Part shown: piece after piece, positions 12,626 to 25,738 of the stretch | How the letters are laid out: every line of letters begins with the position of its first letter | How positions within the stretch are numbered: the stretch's first letter is position 1 | DNA from: Acanthaster planci | Lineage: Eukaryota | Direction: 5' to 3' | DNA: 64,000 nucleotides | Assembly: GCF_001949145.1 (NCBI RefSeq) | Contig: NW_019091360.1 | Span: forward strand, 3,346,864-3,410,863 | Made by a program: the position numbers and the translations under genes | The notes under the pieces: generated by a model | The model's database searches: none | What the model saw: only the letters and a program-made list of their open reading frames with translations | Told to the model about the DNA's origin: nothing

Positions 12626-12816
12626 ATGCCTCGCTTTGGGAAGAGAGGGTACAAGCCTGTGTCGGCCAGGGGCTATGCTTCAGCAGGTGTCCAGCATCGG
12701 ATATACATCAAGAAAGAGGATGTGCCACGATGGAATGCCATCCGAGAGCGGTCAGGATACACCAAGAGCCCAGACTTTATTCACTGGCTGATTGAAGTGG
12801 CAGAGCAGCATCTCAG
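12626..12816 (+). CDS. ZF-B coding exon 1 (N-terminal ZNF653/ZNF692-like module)
   Basis: gtcATG start, MPRFGKRGYKP...RIYIKKEDVPRWNAIRERSGYTKSPDFIHWLIEVAEQHL, phase-2 donor ag|gttagc that joins the next exon in frame. Confidence 0.75.
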
Positions 12817-13645
12817 GTTAGCCAAAGGCCATAAGACTTCAGAAACACATGCACTACCATCATCGAGCACTGATGAAGATGTTAATTGTTTGAACCCAAA
12901 TGATGAATTTGTCCAGACTAATGAATGGTGGGTAGTGCACACACATGCTACAGATAAACCAATAGCTAAAATAGTTGCAGAGTTAATTACAAAGAAAAAA
13001 ATTAATTAACAAAGATGTTTTATTTTAGGTTAAAATTACACTTACACCAACATGAATATTCGCTTAGTATTTTCAATGTGGTTGCTCGGGTGGGATTGGA
13101 ACCTACAGTTTTCTGCATACTTTTGGAGACATCCAAAGCAAAGTGTTAATTTGGTACTCAGGCTAGTGTAGTGTCCTGACACAAAGCCAAATCAGTATGG
13201 AATATGCCTTTGCCATTAATGTGTTGCAAGATGAGTTAGAAACCTCATGTCAGAGTTACAGGGTTGCTGTTAGCTGTGTTCAGTTTGCTAGTGATGTGGT
13301 ATTTTGGTTTTTTTTTTACTCCTGACATTTGTTTGTGGGAATGGTTGTTCATGTTTCCAATCAAAATTGTCTTTTGATTTTGATTTTGTGAAGAAATCAA
13401 ATTTGGAATTGAGAAGAGGAGGATATAAACATAGCTCACACTCAGTTCTTATCTTCATTAGTCTCTGAAACTGGTAGGAAGTACCAATTTTCACAGTCTG
13501 AAGTACCAGAATGGAACTTTTAAAAATAGTGAAAAATACATGTAGCATGTCAATAGAACGATGTCAAACAACACACCCATGAGCTCCAGAATAGGAGTCA
13601 AAAATAAAAGTGTTGAATTTTTATTTGAATCTTTCACCCTGGCAG

Positions 13646-14060
13646 AATCAAGCCTTCAGAGTTCCCAGCTGAAGGCAATGCAGGAGACGACTCCCACACT
13701 AGTGGTGAGTCAGAGGAGGGTGATGACGATGACGATGATGACGACGACGAAGATGCCACTGAAGAGGAGGACAATGACCGTGACAGTGACCCAGGGCAGC
13801 AATCCAAAGAAACCCCAAAGGAGACCAAGTCATCATCATCATCATACCCAGACAGTCACACAAAGACAGTCACCATCAAAGAGGAGGAACTTTCATTGAC
13901 AGAAGGTGGAATAGTGGCAAGAGGTCGCAGCAGGAGACGAGGGTCACCCCCTGTAGCCATCAAGGATGTTGCTCCCATCATTTGCGTTGATATTGACGCA
14001 CCGCGCCAGCTACGCCCACGCCTCAAGCTGAAATTGAAACCACTAAAAGTCGAGCCAGTA
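13646..14060 (+). CDS. ZF-B coding exon 2 (poly-Asp/Glu acidic region, then basic region)
   Basis: Acceptor ctttcaccctggcag|, open frame IKPSEFP...DDDDDDDDDEDATEEED...KLKPLKVEPV, phase-0 donor |gtaagt. Confidence 0.8.
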
Positions 14061-14712
14061 GTAAGTCTAAATACTTTGTACAATTATCTTACATACTAAC
14101 CCTTTCTGTTAAACTACTGATCACAAAGATTCACTAAGTGTATAAAATTCTTGCTTAGTATGCAAGAGATAACTACATGTACCCAAAGTTATGGAGCTGG
14201 TATCTGGATCTCAGCTGAAGTCTGCTGAGAGCATAACATTCGCCAGACAATGTTATCTGCTAAAGAGCTCTGTAAAATAGGTCCAGGCTGTTCCTTGAAC
14301 AAAGTTTTATAACTGCACACCATCAGTTTCTGCACAAGTGATATCCATGGGTAAATTGGAATTTGGAGGTCCGTGTTGTGCAAGACATAAAGTATACTGC
14401 AGTCGTCAGAGCACATGCAAGCCTGTGGTAGTCACATCCCCCACCAGAGATGATGCTGCATTGTCCAGAATAAAAAGTTGGTTCCCCATCATGGGATCAG
14501 TACTACTAGCACATTTGTTTACTTATATATATTGTGACATGGAAAGGTACTCAACTGTGGAACATTACACTAAAAATGAAATAACAGGTGTTTGTCTGCC
14601 TAATAATTTGCCGTAATTACTGCACATGTTGAGCTTTGTTAACTACTTTTACGACAAAGCTAATAGGCTTGTTGGAAATTTAATGAGTCTTTTCATGTTT
14701 TTTGTATCAAAG

Positions 14713-17028
14713 GTGGAGAAACCAAAGAGGGGCCGCAAGAAAACACAAATGAGATCACTGAAGAAACTGACTGTGAAGGAGAAGCCAGCTAGCTACTCCT
14801 GCAAAAAATGCTGTCGCATCTTTGCAGACCGTCAAGCCTTGCGCAGCCACCAGGTAATTCATGCTGTGGACAACCTGACGTGTCGTGACTGCCAGATGAC
14901 CTTCAGCTCCAAGTCGGCCATGTGGGTTCACCGCAAGGTGCAACACGGCAACAAGATCCTGGCCTGTGAACACTGTGACATGACGTTCCCCCGCAAGTAC
15001 CAGCTGAAGGAGCACATGCGGGGCCACAAAGGCATCAAGCCCTTCGCCTGCCCGACCTGCAACAAGAAATTCCGCACCACTGCCCACCTGACCTCCCACA
15101 TGGACCTGCATAGCAACTTCCGACGTTTCCTTTGTGACCTCTGTGGACTGACATTCCACAGGCGGGACCTGCTGTCCCGCCACATTATCAAACACTCACA
15201 ACCAAAGACCTACTCCTGTGAGGAATGCGGCAAGGTGTTTGCCTATAAGGTCACCTTGCAGGACCACCTGATCCGGCATCAGAATGTCAAGGCTGGTAAG
15301 ACACCCTACAAGTGTCAAACCTGCTTCAAGGAGTTCTTCACCCCCAAATCCTACCAGCATCACATGGGGCGTCACCGGGGCGAGAAGGTGTTCTCATGTG
15401 ACCAGTGCGACAAGAAGTTCAAGCAGAAGTTCTACTTGGACCGGCACAAGATCATCCACCAGGAAGAGAAGCCGTACACTTGCAGTAACTGTGGCCGTGG
15501 CTTCACTCAGCACTCCAACATGACCATTCACATGAGGACTCACACTGGTGAAAAGCCGTACCAGTGTGACTTGTGCGAGAAGGCTTTCGCCCACAACGTC
15601 AGCCTCAAGACCCACAAGAAGACGGCGCACGGCATTGACATGTGGCAGAGCGACAAGACCAAACCCATTGTGGCCCTGGGACGGCCCAAGGGAGAGCCTA
15701 AGAAGAAACCCCCACCAAAGATCCGCTTGAAATCCCGGGCTGCAGCTGCCGAGGTGCAGATACAATCTGATCTGTACCAGGCGGCAGTTGAGTTTGCCAG
15801 GGAGAGACTTGCCCCCCTCGCATTCCCTCCCATGCCACAAATTCCGGCTATTCATGGATCACCAGTGGAGCAGATACCACCAGCTCAGAGTCCCTCAGAG
15901 AGTGAGGACGAGACACCAAGTCCAGGGAGTTCACCTGCCAACACTCACACATCTCCTAGTATCAAGACAGTGCTGGATCATCATCCAACTCACAACCACC
16001 ATGAGCACCAGCAAGTTCAAGATAGACACCCATCGCACGACCATCAGCAGATTCACGATCACCACTCATCGCATGACCACCCACAGTCACATGATCATCG
16101 CTCGACTCACAACCACCACTTGTCTAACGAGCCCCACCACCAGCTTCCTGAAAGCCACCCAACACCCGAGCAAAAACCACTCCACTCTACTCCACATCCA
16201 ACTTGCGACCGCCAGCCCCCTTGTGAGATGTCCGCTTCTCACGATAACCACCAAGATTATGGCCAACCACAGGCCAACCCTGAAATTCCAAAGCAGATTC
16301 CCCCCTTGATTCAGCAGTACCACGAGCGAAGCCAAGAACTCAATGACCATCTCACCAGAGGACCACAGCAATTCCGCAAGCATGACCAGCCCACACGAGA
16401 AGTCTGTGAACAGCTGACCCCAATTCCACAGGCATACTCCGACGCAACGCACGATGTCCAGGAGCAGATGACCCCAATCACCCAGACATACCAAGAACAG
16501 AGCCACGAGGTGCGTGAACAATTGACGCCCATGTCTCCGCCATACCCTGAGCATTCCACACTGGAACAGCACCAAGCAACAGCAAGCCGTTCCCAGACCC
16601 CCAGTTCATCAGCAACCAGCAGCATTGAGCAACCCTATGCCCACATCCTCCATAACCCGGGAATGCACTCTGCCAGTGATCACCCACTGAGATTGGAGAA
16701 GCCCGGGTCCCCATTTGGGCCCCTTCTGCACTCCCCTAATGCCCACTCTGACTACCCTACCAGGCATGAGAAGGTGGAGCAGTGGCACCAACGCAATTCG
16801 GAAGCCCTGTCCTGGATGTCTAGAGGCGTGTCGCACGCCCAACTCATGCAAGGCTTGAGAGCAGTCACACCCAACATGATGCACCCGGTCTCCCAGGCAC
16901 TGGGTATGTTGAACCCACAGGCCCCAGAGCATGTCAACCTAGTTGGGAGTTACGCCCATTCTGCCTACATCCAGAGAAGCAACTCCACTGGTTCTCAGCC
17001 TATGCAGCCGCCATCTTGGCGAAGCTAA
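14713..17028 (+). CDS. ZF-B coding exon 3: 10 tandem C2H2 fingers plus long His/Pro/Gln-rich tail (whole protein about 973 aa)
   Basis: Acceptor tttttgtatcaaag| in frame with the 800-aa ORF. Ten CxxC-x12-Hx3-4H units with TGEKPY-type linkers. KRGRK and GRPK motifs flank the array. Confidence 0.93.
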   Translation: MEKPKRGRKKTQMRSLKKLTVKEKPASYSCKKCCRIFADRQALRSHQVIHAVDNLTCRDCQMTFSSKSAMWVHRKVQHGNKILACEHCDMTFPRKYQLKEHMRGHKGIKPFACPTCNKKFRTTAHLTSHMDLHSNFRRFLCDLCGLTFHRRDLLSRHIIKHSQPKTYSCEECGKVFAYKVTLQDHLIRHQNVKAGKTPYKCQTCFKEFFTPKSYQHHMGRHRGEKVFSCDQCDKKFKQKFYLDRHKIIHQEEKPYTCSNCGRGFTQHSNMTIHMRTHTGEKPYQCDLCEKAFAHNVSLKTHKKTAHGIDMWQSDKTKPIVALGRPKGEPKKKPPPKIRLKSRAAAAEVQIQSDLYQAAVEFARERLAPLAFPPMPQIPAIHGSPVEQIPPAQSPSESEDETPSPGSSPANTHTSPSIKTVLDHHPTHNHHEHQQVQDRHPSHDHQQIHDHHSSHDHPQSHDHRSTHNHHLSNEPHHQLPESHPTPEQKPLHSTPHPTCDRQPPCEMSASHDNHQDYGQPQANPEIPKQIPPLIQQYHERSQELNDHLTRGPQQFRKHDQPTREVCEQLTPIPQAYSDATHDVQEQMTPITQTYQEQSHEVREQLTPMSPPYPEHSTLEQHQATASRSQTPSSSATSSIEQPYAHILHNPGMHSASDHPLRLEKPGSPFGPLLHSPNAHSDYPTRHEKVEQWHQRNSEALSWMSRGVSHAQLMQGLRAVTPNMMHPVSQALGMLNPQAPEHVNLVGSYAHSAYIQRSNSTGSQPMQPPSWRS

Positions 17029-20000
17029 GTTTATTCCATTGTGTACTAACACAACAACTTAGAAATAAAGCTTTAAAATATAGGGCTGGATCACAGAATG
17101 CATGTTAAACATGATTTTACTGTTAAAACATTTAGCAGAAATTCCTGCCAAATTTCAATAAATTTACTTGATTGAAAATGTGACCATATTAGTCAGAATG
17201 GTTTGCATAAATTTTCATTTGTAAATGAAAAACAATCAACGGTAGTGGTTCTGCTTTTGATAAGAGATTAACTCCAGCCATATATTTTATTGTTGTCTTC
17301 CACTAAAAACCAATAAGATATTGATGTGCATTTAACCTTGCATCCCTTTTTCCCTTGAACAGTTCACTTTTTGTTGTGAAAGAAAGTTTTTATTACAGGC
17401 AGACGTGACAACGAGCTGTGAGCTGGTTATAGAGGAAGGCACTGTAGACAAAGTCTCAGCTCGTTGAAAACTTCCAGCAAGAGGCATTGCTAAAAGCTCC
17501 ATGTTTGACCTTTGACACCCTAGGATTGCATTTGGAGGCTGCAAAGCCAAGGCCATTCATCTCCGAAGCTTACACTGCACGTGGCGCTTCAACAACGTGA
17601 AAAATGAGACACGTATAGTAACTGCTGTGAGTTCTGTAATAAGAATGTTGGTGTGGAGTGGATTTATTGACCATGCTTGAAACCCAACCAGGGTCAGTTT
17701 GTGCTAGCAGATTTCTAAACCATAGTATTGATATGTTGTACCAAAAAGAAGGGGTGTCTGAATCAAATTCAGACCAACTCCTGCTAATTATGGTTAATGT
17801 ATGTGGATAAGAAGGGCCTAACAGGGCTGAGCAGCTCTCACAAAACAGACGTTGCCAAGAACTATTTGCTGACAACTTTTCTCACAGATATACATGTAGG
17901 ACTAGTTTTAAATCTTTTAACAATTGTAGGTTCAGCAACATTTCAAAGATCTTTTTTTTTGCATAGTACAGTACATGTAGTGAAAACTTTCCAATCATTA
18001 GCTACATACAGATCTCATTTTCAAATGATTTTTAAACATCAGAATTTGAATTTTTTTTTAAAGTCATTTTCTACGAGCAGGTTACAAATACATGTATTCA
18101 AATCATCTTCAGAAATCTTGGTAGTTTCTAGTTATGCATGTCTTGCAGAAGGAAACTGGTAAAAAAGTCCATTTTGTACAGGGTGCATATGTACATGTAT
18201 ATGCATTATCAATACATTTAGAGTTCAGCAATGTTTGATTCTTAATCTAAACATCTATATGTATTGTCACTTTTTTGAGGAAAAAGCTGCAAGTGTGTGC
18301 TGAGAAAGAAATGCATCTGACTGATGCCTAGGGAAGATGGCTGCTTCGGTGAATGTTCCATGGATACAAGTCATGTGACATTACAGTGGTTCTTTCATTG
18401 GATGTCTGATTGTATCCGTGATGGTGCAGAAGTAGACTACTGCATTAACTAGTATTTAGCAAAATTATTCTTTTTTTTTAAATAAAATTTGGGTCTAACC
18501 CTAAAACCAAAGTTGTTTACTTCATGTATGACATGACTACTACATAACGTGCATGCAAGATTGTAGTGCACTCTAAAATTATAATTTAAATTTTTTGCTT
18601 GTAAAATATGCAAAAGATATAAATGGAATGTTCCATTTAAGTGTGTTGTGGAATGATGGTTGTGATTTTAGCAAGGCATACATTTCTGTGAATCTTGTCA
18701 AGGCGATAGAGACAATGGTAGCTTTGTGGATGCATCTGATCGGCGCAGATAGAGTGAATTCTACCATCTCCAGGACAAATCAAAAATCGACACAAACTTG
18801 TGTTGTTCATTTCTGACCACGGAATTGAGTGAAGAGATTCTTTCTTGGTAAGGAAAAAGAAACGCACAATGTTTTCCAATAAGGGGTTCAATGAACTGGG
18901 TGAAAGTCTTTTTTTACTGCATTAGGTGCATCAGCAAAGAGGAAATGTAAATATTGAGACAAAAGATAGCAACGTGGAGACCTGATTGTACAGTGTGAAA
19001 CATACAAAGTATAAACAGTGGAACTCTTGTTCTGTACAGAAGTTTGTGCTACGAGACATCTGTAACATCCACGTCTTGGTAGTTGGCCAAACTAAGCCAC
19101 TTCTCGAATGCCTGTGGGAAAGTGTCCAACTTGAGGACATCAGGCTGACACTCTAAAGCATTTACTGTGAGATACAAGAGTATAAAAACACTTAACAATT
19201 GAAACGATATAATTACATGTAATACAGAGCAGTGCTTTTAAGCTGATTGTATGAAGAGATGTTCAGAAGTTTGCAAGTAAAACTTGTATTAGTGCCATAT
19301 GTAGAAGTATTGTATGTAGTTATTGTAATTTTAATGTACGTAACTTAGACACACAACATTTTTGTATACATGTATGTCATAGCAGTCAAACTGTATGTGT
19401 TGATCCGTACTGCATGGGAGAGTAAACAGATTCCGTGACATCCTTAATTCCGGTTCCATCATGATGCTCGTACCGGAGTGAATTCACTCTTGCTTGGAGT
19501 ACAAAATCAGGCTATGTTTGTGTTCAATGGTCCATTGTTTACTGAAGGTCAAACACACTACTTGTATGTGTTTTTCTGTAAATGCCATTTTTGCATTTTG
19601 GGATTTGTTTTTAGTTCTGTTTTTACGTTGTTATTTTTTTCCTCCAAGAGCTGCCGCATCAGTCGAGCTCCAATTGCCCCAGATGCAATCAAGCAATGAC
19701 AGTCTTGTAAAGATGTCTTTATTGGTTCTTTTTTTCCCAAATAAAGCAGGACTTGGTTTGAACACACACAACATAATGAGTAACATTTTCCACTACCATA
19801 TTTTGGTACACAGTGAATTCAGTTACCAAATGACCAAGTTACTGAACTTTTTAACAAATTTATCATTCCATAGTGTAGCAAATGTGTCCACCTTCTTTTA
19901 CACCTTAAAGTTTATTGTATCTAGCTTCAATTTACATATTTGAATCAAATACATTTAAAGTTCAGATGATGTCATTATTTATAGCTCGCTATATATACTT

Positions 20001-23000
20001 GCCGCTTGCCAAGAGAGTCTGCATTGACCATTAGATTGCCTGTATTTTGTCACTAAAATAAGAATTGTATGTAAGCGTCCTGTTGCCATGGAGCCAATGA
20101 ACTATGGGATTGGTTTGAAAGCCAGAAAAGCAGTTAAACTTTGAAATTTTTAGTCTTTTGTGAATTGTATTTGAGGACGAGTCCTTCATGCCAAATGTCA
20201 TAATGCTTTCGTGCATTGCATATAGCCACCTCAACCAGTGGTAAAAAGGTTTGGTAACATTATTCTCAAAATGCATTTTCTGAATGTTTTATGATGTAAT
20301 AGAGCAGTTATTTACAGGAAGGGTACATGTAGCTCTTTGGAGCTGTGAGGTACGGTAATTATGAGGAGTTAAAGATATTAATACTTTTTGTGATGTCTGC
20401 AATAAGTGGACAAAAGTACCTACATTTAATGTGAATTTTAGTGACAGTTTTCAAGTTTATTCTGCCACTTTTTGCCATGAAATGCAAACTTTTATTTACC
20501 AGCCTTTTTTATCCTCCCAATATCAAGTACATGTACATTGTTTACCAATTATACCAAAGTCATTTTAATATCCCTGCAATAACAGACTTTAAAAAGACAT
20601 CCTTAAAGGCAGTGTGTATTGTTGTGGAAATTGTTAATTTAACCCCTCCCCTACACTTTTGGTTCAGTCTAACCCTAGAGCCCACAACTCTTGAATGGGA
20701 TTATCAGTCTGTACATGCTGTTGATCATTGCTTTGTTTGATCCCACCAATTCTACCATTGGTGATCAAGAGAGAAAGCGAGACACAGACTGACGTGACAG
20801 AGATTGTGATCAATTTCCAAGCTGGTTTATTAACCTTAATCTTTGACTTATGAAACTGAGGTATCTTAAAGGTGTGATGTTGTGCAGTTATGTCCAAAAG
20901 GAATTCTGGAAAGGCGGAGGAAATGTACCAATTCGACAAACTGTAGAAGCAGGACCATGGCCTCTGGGATTCAAGTAGCCATTGACAGAACCTTCATAGG
21001 TCTACTCCCAATTCAGGGGAGTTAACTTTAATCATACAAACTTACCTCTACCGTGTTTTCCTGCCCCCATGCCTGAGCTTGGTAACTGCAGCAAGGCTTT
21101 CCACAGCCGCACACCTAAGCAAAGTTATGAACAACCTGTGGACAGAAGCACATGGCATTTTCAAACTTCCCTCCACACAATATCCAGTGAGAGAATGTTG
21201 TCACTGCCCAGCAGGACAGATACCAGCGTTGTATTCGAGCCCATCAGAAGTCCAGTCACAAATCCCTTCACAAGGCCAGTCATAAGTAGCAGGGTGAACG
21301 ATGACAAAAGAATGCTTGTGTCACAGTTCATTTGAATAGCTCTTGAATTGGCTTAAGACTGGATGACTCGTGATGGACTTACAATGGACTTGAATACAAC
21401 AATGACAGATACATACCCTCACCATGGCAGTGAGGGTTGTTGGAGGGGTAGACTGAACCAAAAATCGAAGGTGGGGCAGTTGGAGTTGTAGAGGGGCCTC
21501 ATACATGTATCACTGTATAGTCATTTCTACTGCATTTACACATCTGCAATTTCCCCAAATGTCTCAGAAATGGAATTTCACTGGTTGCCAGGCATGTTTT
21601 GGAGGTCAAACCTCGCATGGATCTGGTAGCCAGTGAAACTTTAGCCCGGATGTGTGTTGATTTGTATGGTGGTGCTTCTGCTTTTTAAAATGTCGGCTTG
21701 GTTTCCAGGTTAGACCATGTTAGCCATGCTAAACCAGTTTTCTACTAAAAAATATATCCATTATTTAACCATGCTTAAGAAGCACTGTAATCACATTTAT
21801 TTTGTTAAACCATGCTACGCCATCATTGCAGTCAGACTATGCCAACCATGGTGTCACTTCAGCATTCTAAACAAGTACTTATGAGTACAGACGTTAAAAA
21901 GTAGGATAAGTTGAAGGTGCATTGGTAGTACACGTTCAAATATCGTTACAAAAATGATGTCCACTGACAAAAACACCCGGGATCAGATCCTAGCAATGAG
22001 AGTAAAGGATGTTCTGCATTAGAAAGAGCTTACTCAGCTCCTGGGCTGATTAAAAAAAAATGAAGTTTCTCATACAGTTTTTACTGTATGGAGGGGACAG
22101 AGCAGCCTTTTTTATGGTAGATTTTTGGAAGATGTTGGATGGGTTTTCTTGTCTCCTTTGCAAACACTTTTTGTGTCTAAAGCTCCTGCCATGTTCAACA
22201 GGTTTTAAACTTGCATTTATTGGTAAATATTGTGTTCCATATTAAAAAACAATAAAATTCAATGCAAATGTAAACAAAAGGGAAAAAAGATAAAACAAAA
22301 AAAATGAGGCCGGAAAAGGAAGCAGGTATGGATAACAAACTTTTATGTTGTTCGTTATTTGCTCAGCATACGTGTACTTCTGTTATCACACTGCAATATC
22401 TGATACTGTGTGGGTGAACATTTGTGTAGTTCATGTTGATTTCTGCTGAGCTTTGAAATTGTTTTCAAGGCCAGTACCCCTTCAGAAGGTGCACTACTTC
22501 CGGACCATTTGGTTGGATTACGTGTGCAAAGAGTTTTAACAGAAAGGGCTGCCAACTCATTTGCACCGAGTGCGAGTCTGGCACACTGGGGTTACTCTCA
22601 ATCTCATCTGGGGTTTCTCACACCAAAAACCTCATGAAAAACAGTAAAAAGTAATTTGCTGAATGCTTGTGTTTCCTGTCCTGATGGTGGAATTAAAATA
22701 TTCCGCAGTCTGTAAGCTTGCTTCCAGTTAAAAAAAAAAGGGAAGAAAAGTTCTGGCTGGCTTCCAATGCAATCTGGTAGATGGTTTGTGGATGGATGAC
22801 GCAAATCAGCCGTACCCAAGCTATAGCTGTATCTTTGCCCTCAAACTCAAATCTAACTCGGTGTTGGCAGCCCAGTCAGGTGCTCTGTGTTATACTGGTT
22901 CCAATATGGAAACAGTCATGTCTTCGGTACCACTGACATTCCATTCCCCACAACTGGCTCAATAATTTGAATTGCTCTTAGATATTCTGCTGTCTTTAAA

Positions 23001-24911
23001 GCTTTATAATGTAGTATATAATGCAATGCAAAACAATAATCCTATTCGTGTGTGTGCATTTGATTACACTAAATATACATGTACAACATGTACTTTTGAT
23101 TCCAAAAATTTTGAAAAATTCATTTATAATGCTTTCACGATATTTTTTATGCAGTTTGTGGCGGAGGGCAGAGATTGGAAGTTCAAAACCAAAATTGTTT
23201 GTTTCCTTTGTATATTAAAGCCTATGAAGTACTCACAGTGGTGGGAGAGTTATTTTTTGTGTAAGACTTTAAAATGTGATTTTGAAGCAAACTTTCAGAC
23301 TTGGGCACATGCAGTGTCAATTGTCTTTAAATGTTGCCTGGTTTAATAGTCTTATTTGGGTGCCCAGACACAATGTCTCGTTAAATTCTTTTAAGCTTTT
23401 TCTTTGCTGATGTCCACCTTTCATGGTTCTAGTGGCTGCAGTAAAAGATTGGCTGTGATTCCACTTGTCAAGTTTATCACAGTAGAGCACAGCAAACTGA
23501 CGTGAAAAGATGATTTCAGTAATTATGTAGCGAGTCACCAATGCAATGTTTGTTAGCTTCATGGACGTTCCTGCATGCGCGTTCAACAACTTTTCTCTTT
23601 ACCATAAGAACATTGGTTGCAAAACCAGATGATTAAAGGTTACCACAAAGTCTGTGTAGATCTAGCACCATTTTGAAACTGTGCATGTTATCTCCCCCCC
23701 CCCAAAGAAAATGCCTTTTCTCTTCATATTTTCTACAATTTTGGCAGATTTCAATATCTTCAATACAGCACTCCGAGAACAGGTGAACTTCCTAATGTTC
23801 ATTGTTGATCCATCTCTATTCCGATTTTCACACCTCATCTTCTGGGATTGTTTAGTGTAATTTCACTATTGACAGCTAAAGTTGATCAAACTGGCCCATC
23901 TGCGCCAAGGAGTATACTCTTTTTTACAGATGTCATTCATTCATCACTTTGGTGATGGTTTTAGAATCTTGATATAACTATTCATGTCTCACAGCCAGCT
24001 TTGCCAATCTCTCTAAATAATACTTTTTATTATTTCTTACGATATTTTGGAATAAAGTGCAATTCAGAAGATGATATTTTCCTCCCATGGTGCTTAAAAA
24101 AATGTAATTCAATTTATTCGCTATGAGTAGAATATTTTGATTGGAAGATTGAAGAGAAATGGTAAGCCTGCTGGTTAACTGCATGTGTGGTCTTTCAAGA
24201 GAGAGAATTATCAAGAAGTTGCCCTTTGAAATTCTTAAGAACTGCAGTGGTTTTTACATGCAGCTTAAGACTTTTTTCCCCCTCACAGACCACTGAAATT
24301 TTTTTTATATGATCCGTAAAATACTGAAAAGAATAAGACTTGTTTTGTACGAACTTGGAAAAATGTTGCATGATTGTTCCATTTTAATTTTTTTAGCATT
24401 TGGGGGTTTTATGCTTTTAGGGATTTTTTTTGGGGGGGGGCTGATTTTAGCAAAAACTGTTTGGTAACTTGTGTACAAGACAGAGCGTAGTAAAATGCAC
24501 AAAGAAACAGGTTGAGAATATTGAATCTTTTGTGATTGATTGTAGTGTATCATTTTTCTTTTTTTCCCATGCTTGGTGAGAATGGATTTCCAACAGAGCA
24601 GTATTCACATTCATGAGTTAGGTTTTCAATGGTTTGCCCTAAGGCAATGGAAATGGACAATTGATACCAAGTGCCCTTATGTGATAACGTGGGTTAGCGG
24701 TAGACAATACAACCTACCAGACTGTGACTGTAATGCACACTGCCATGTATGACATTTACTTTCTGATAGGAAGGTTCATGTCCACTATCAAACTAACATA
24801 TGTACACTGAGAAATATTGTAATAGACTAGGAAATGTTGGGACTCTACATATTTTGAAGTTTGTGTCTTAAACCTAGTTGTATAATTGCTGAACCTATTC
24901 ACGGGTAATTG

Positions 24912-25069
24912 CAGTTGAATCTCGTTAATAAGAGCATTGTTAATACAACTTTAATAGCAGGGAAAATTTGAGGTCCCGATTCGATCCTTGTTGTTGTCTT
25001 CATTCCTGACAATACAAAGTCCCTGTTATAAAAAAGTCTGAAGGACCTCTTATTAATGAGGTTCAACTG
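24912..25069. mobile_element. Tc1/mariner-pogo (Tigger-like) MITE
   Basis: 23-bp TIR CAGTTGAATCTCGTTAATAAGAG / CTCTTATTAATGAGGTTCAACTG (21/23). Right flank TA, left flank TG. Confidence 0.75.
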
Positions 25070-25451
25070 TAGTTAAGAGCTGGTCTTTATATGAATATGG
25101 ATAAGCATTAGAGAGTCAAAAGTCCAAGTAAAAATTCCGAACAGGTGGAAAGTACTTTATATGCATGATAACTATATAGCTCAAAGTGCCAACCGAGGGC
25201 TTCCAAATGTTATATATATTCCCGTCAGAAAAAAAGAACTGCCTTTTTTTTGAAAATCTTTTGATTGGATGAACACATTTTAATGGGGAAGATTAATCAT
25301 GTACGTATTGTGTTACTGCCACAGCATGAGATAGATTGCTGGTAACTTTTTACTTGTATAACCCTTTAGGTCTTTGATTTTGCCAATGGCTGTGGCACTC
25401 TCTCTCTCTCTCTGGCTGCAAGTTTCAAAGTCTAAGAAGGCAACAGCTCCA

Positions 25452-25738
25452 GGGCCCAATTTTATGGAGCTTCTTAACAGTTTGTAGAAAGTCGTGCTAA
25501 TTTTGGCAGAAAAATGTGCTTACCTTAAGCACTGATTCAAGGCGGTGCTTGGCGTGGTTGAGGGAACAGTTGCACCCGCTTTAAGATTTCTATTGTTATG
25601 TCACTAAGTTTAAGCAACATTTTTTCCTCCAAGGTTAGCATGCCTTTGGCTGTGCTTACTGCTTACAGTCTCCATGAAATACATGAAGCCTCTCTTAGCG
25701 TGAAATCACATGCTAAGCAGCCCCGTGAAATTGGGTCC
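25452..25738. mobile_element. PIF/Harbinger-like MITE
   Basis: Imperfect TIR GGGCCCAATTTTATGGAGCTTCTTAACA versus reverse complement of the right end GGACCCAATTTCACGGGGCTGCTTAGCA. Confidence 0.6.

Noticed and set aside
20950..21510. Coding-like, GC-richer stretch with short ORFs on both strands
   Set aside because: Stops interrupt the frames and no family motif was recognised; may be an old transposon fragment.
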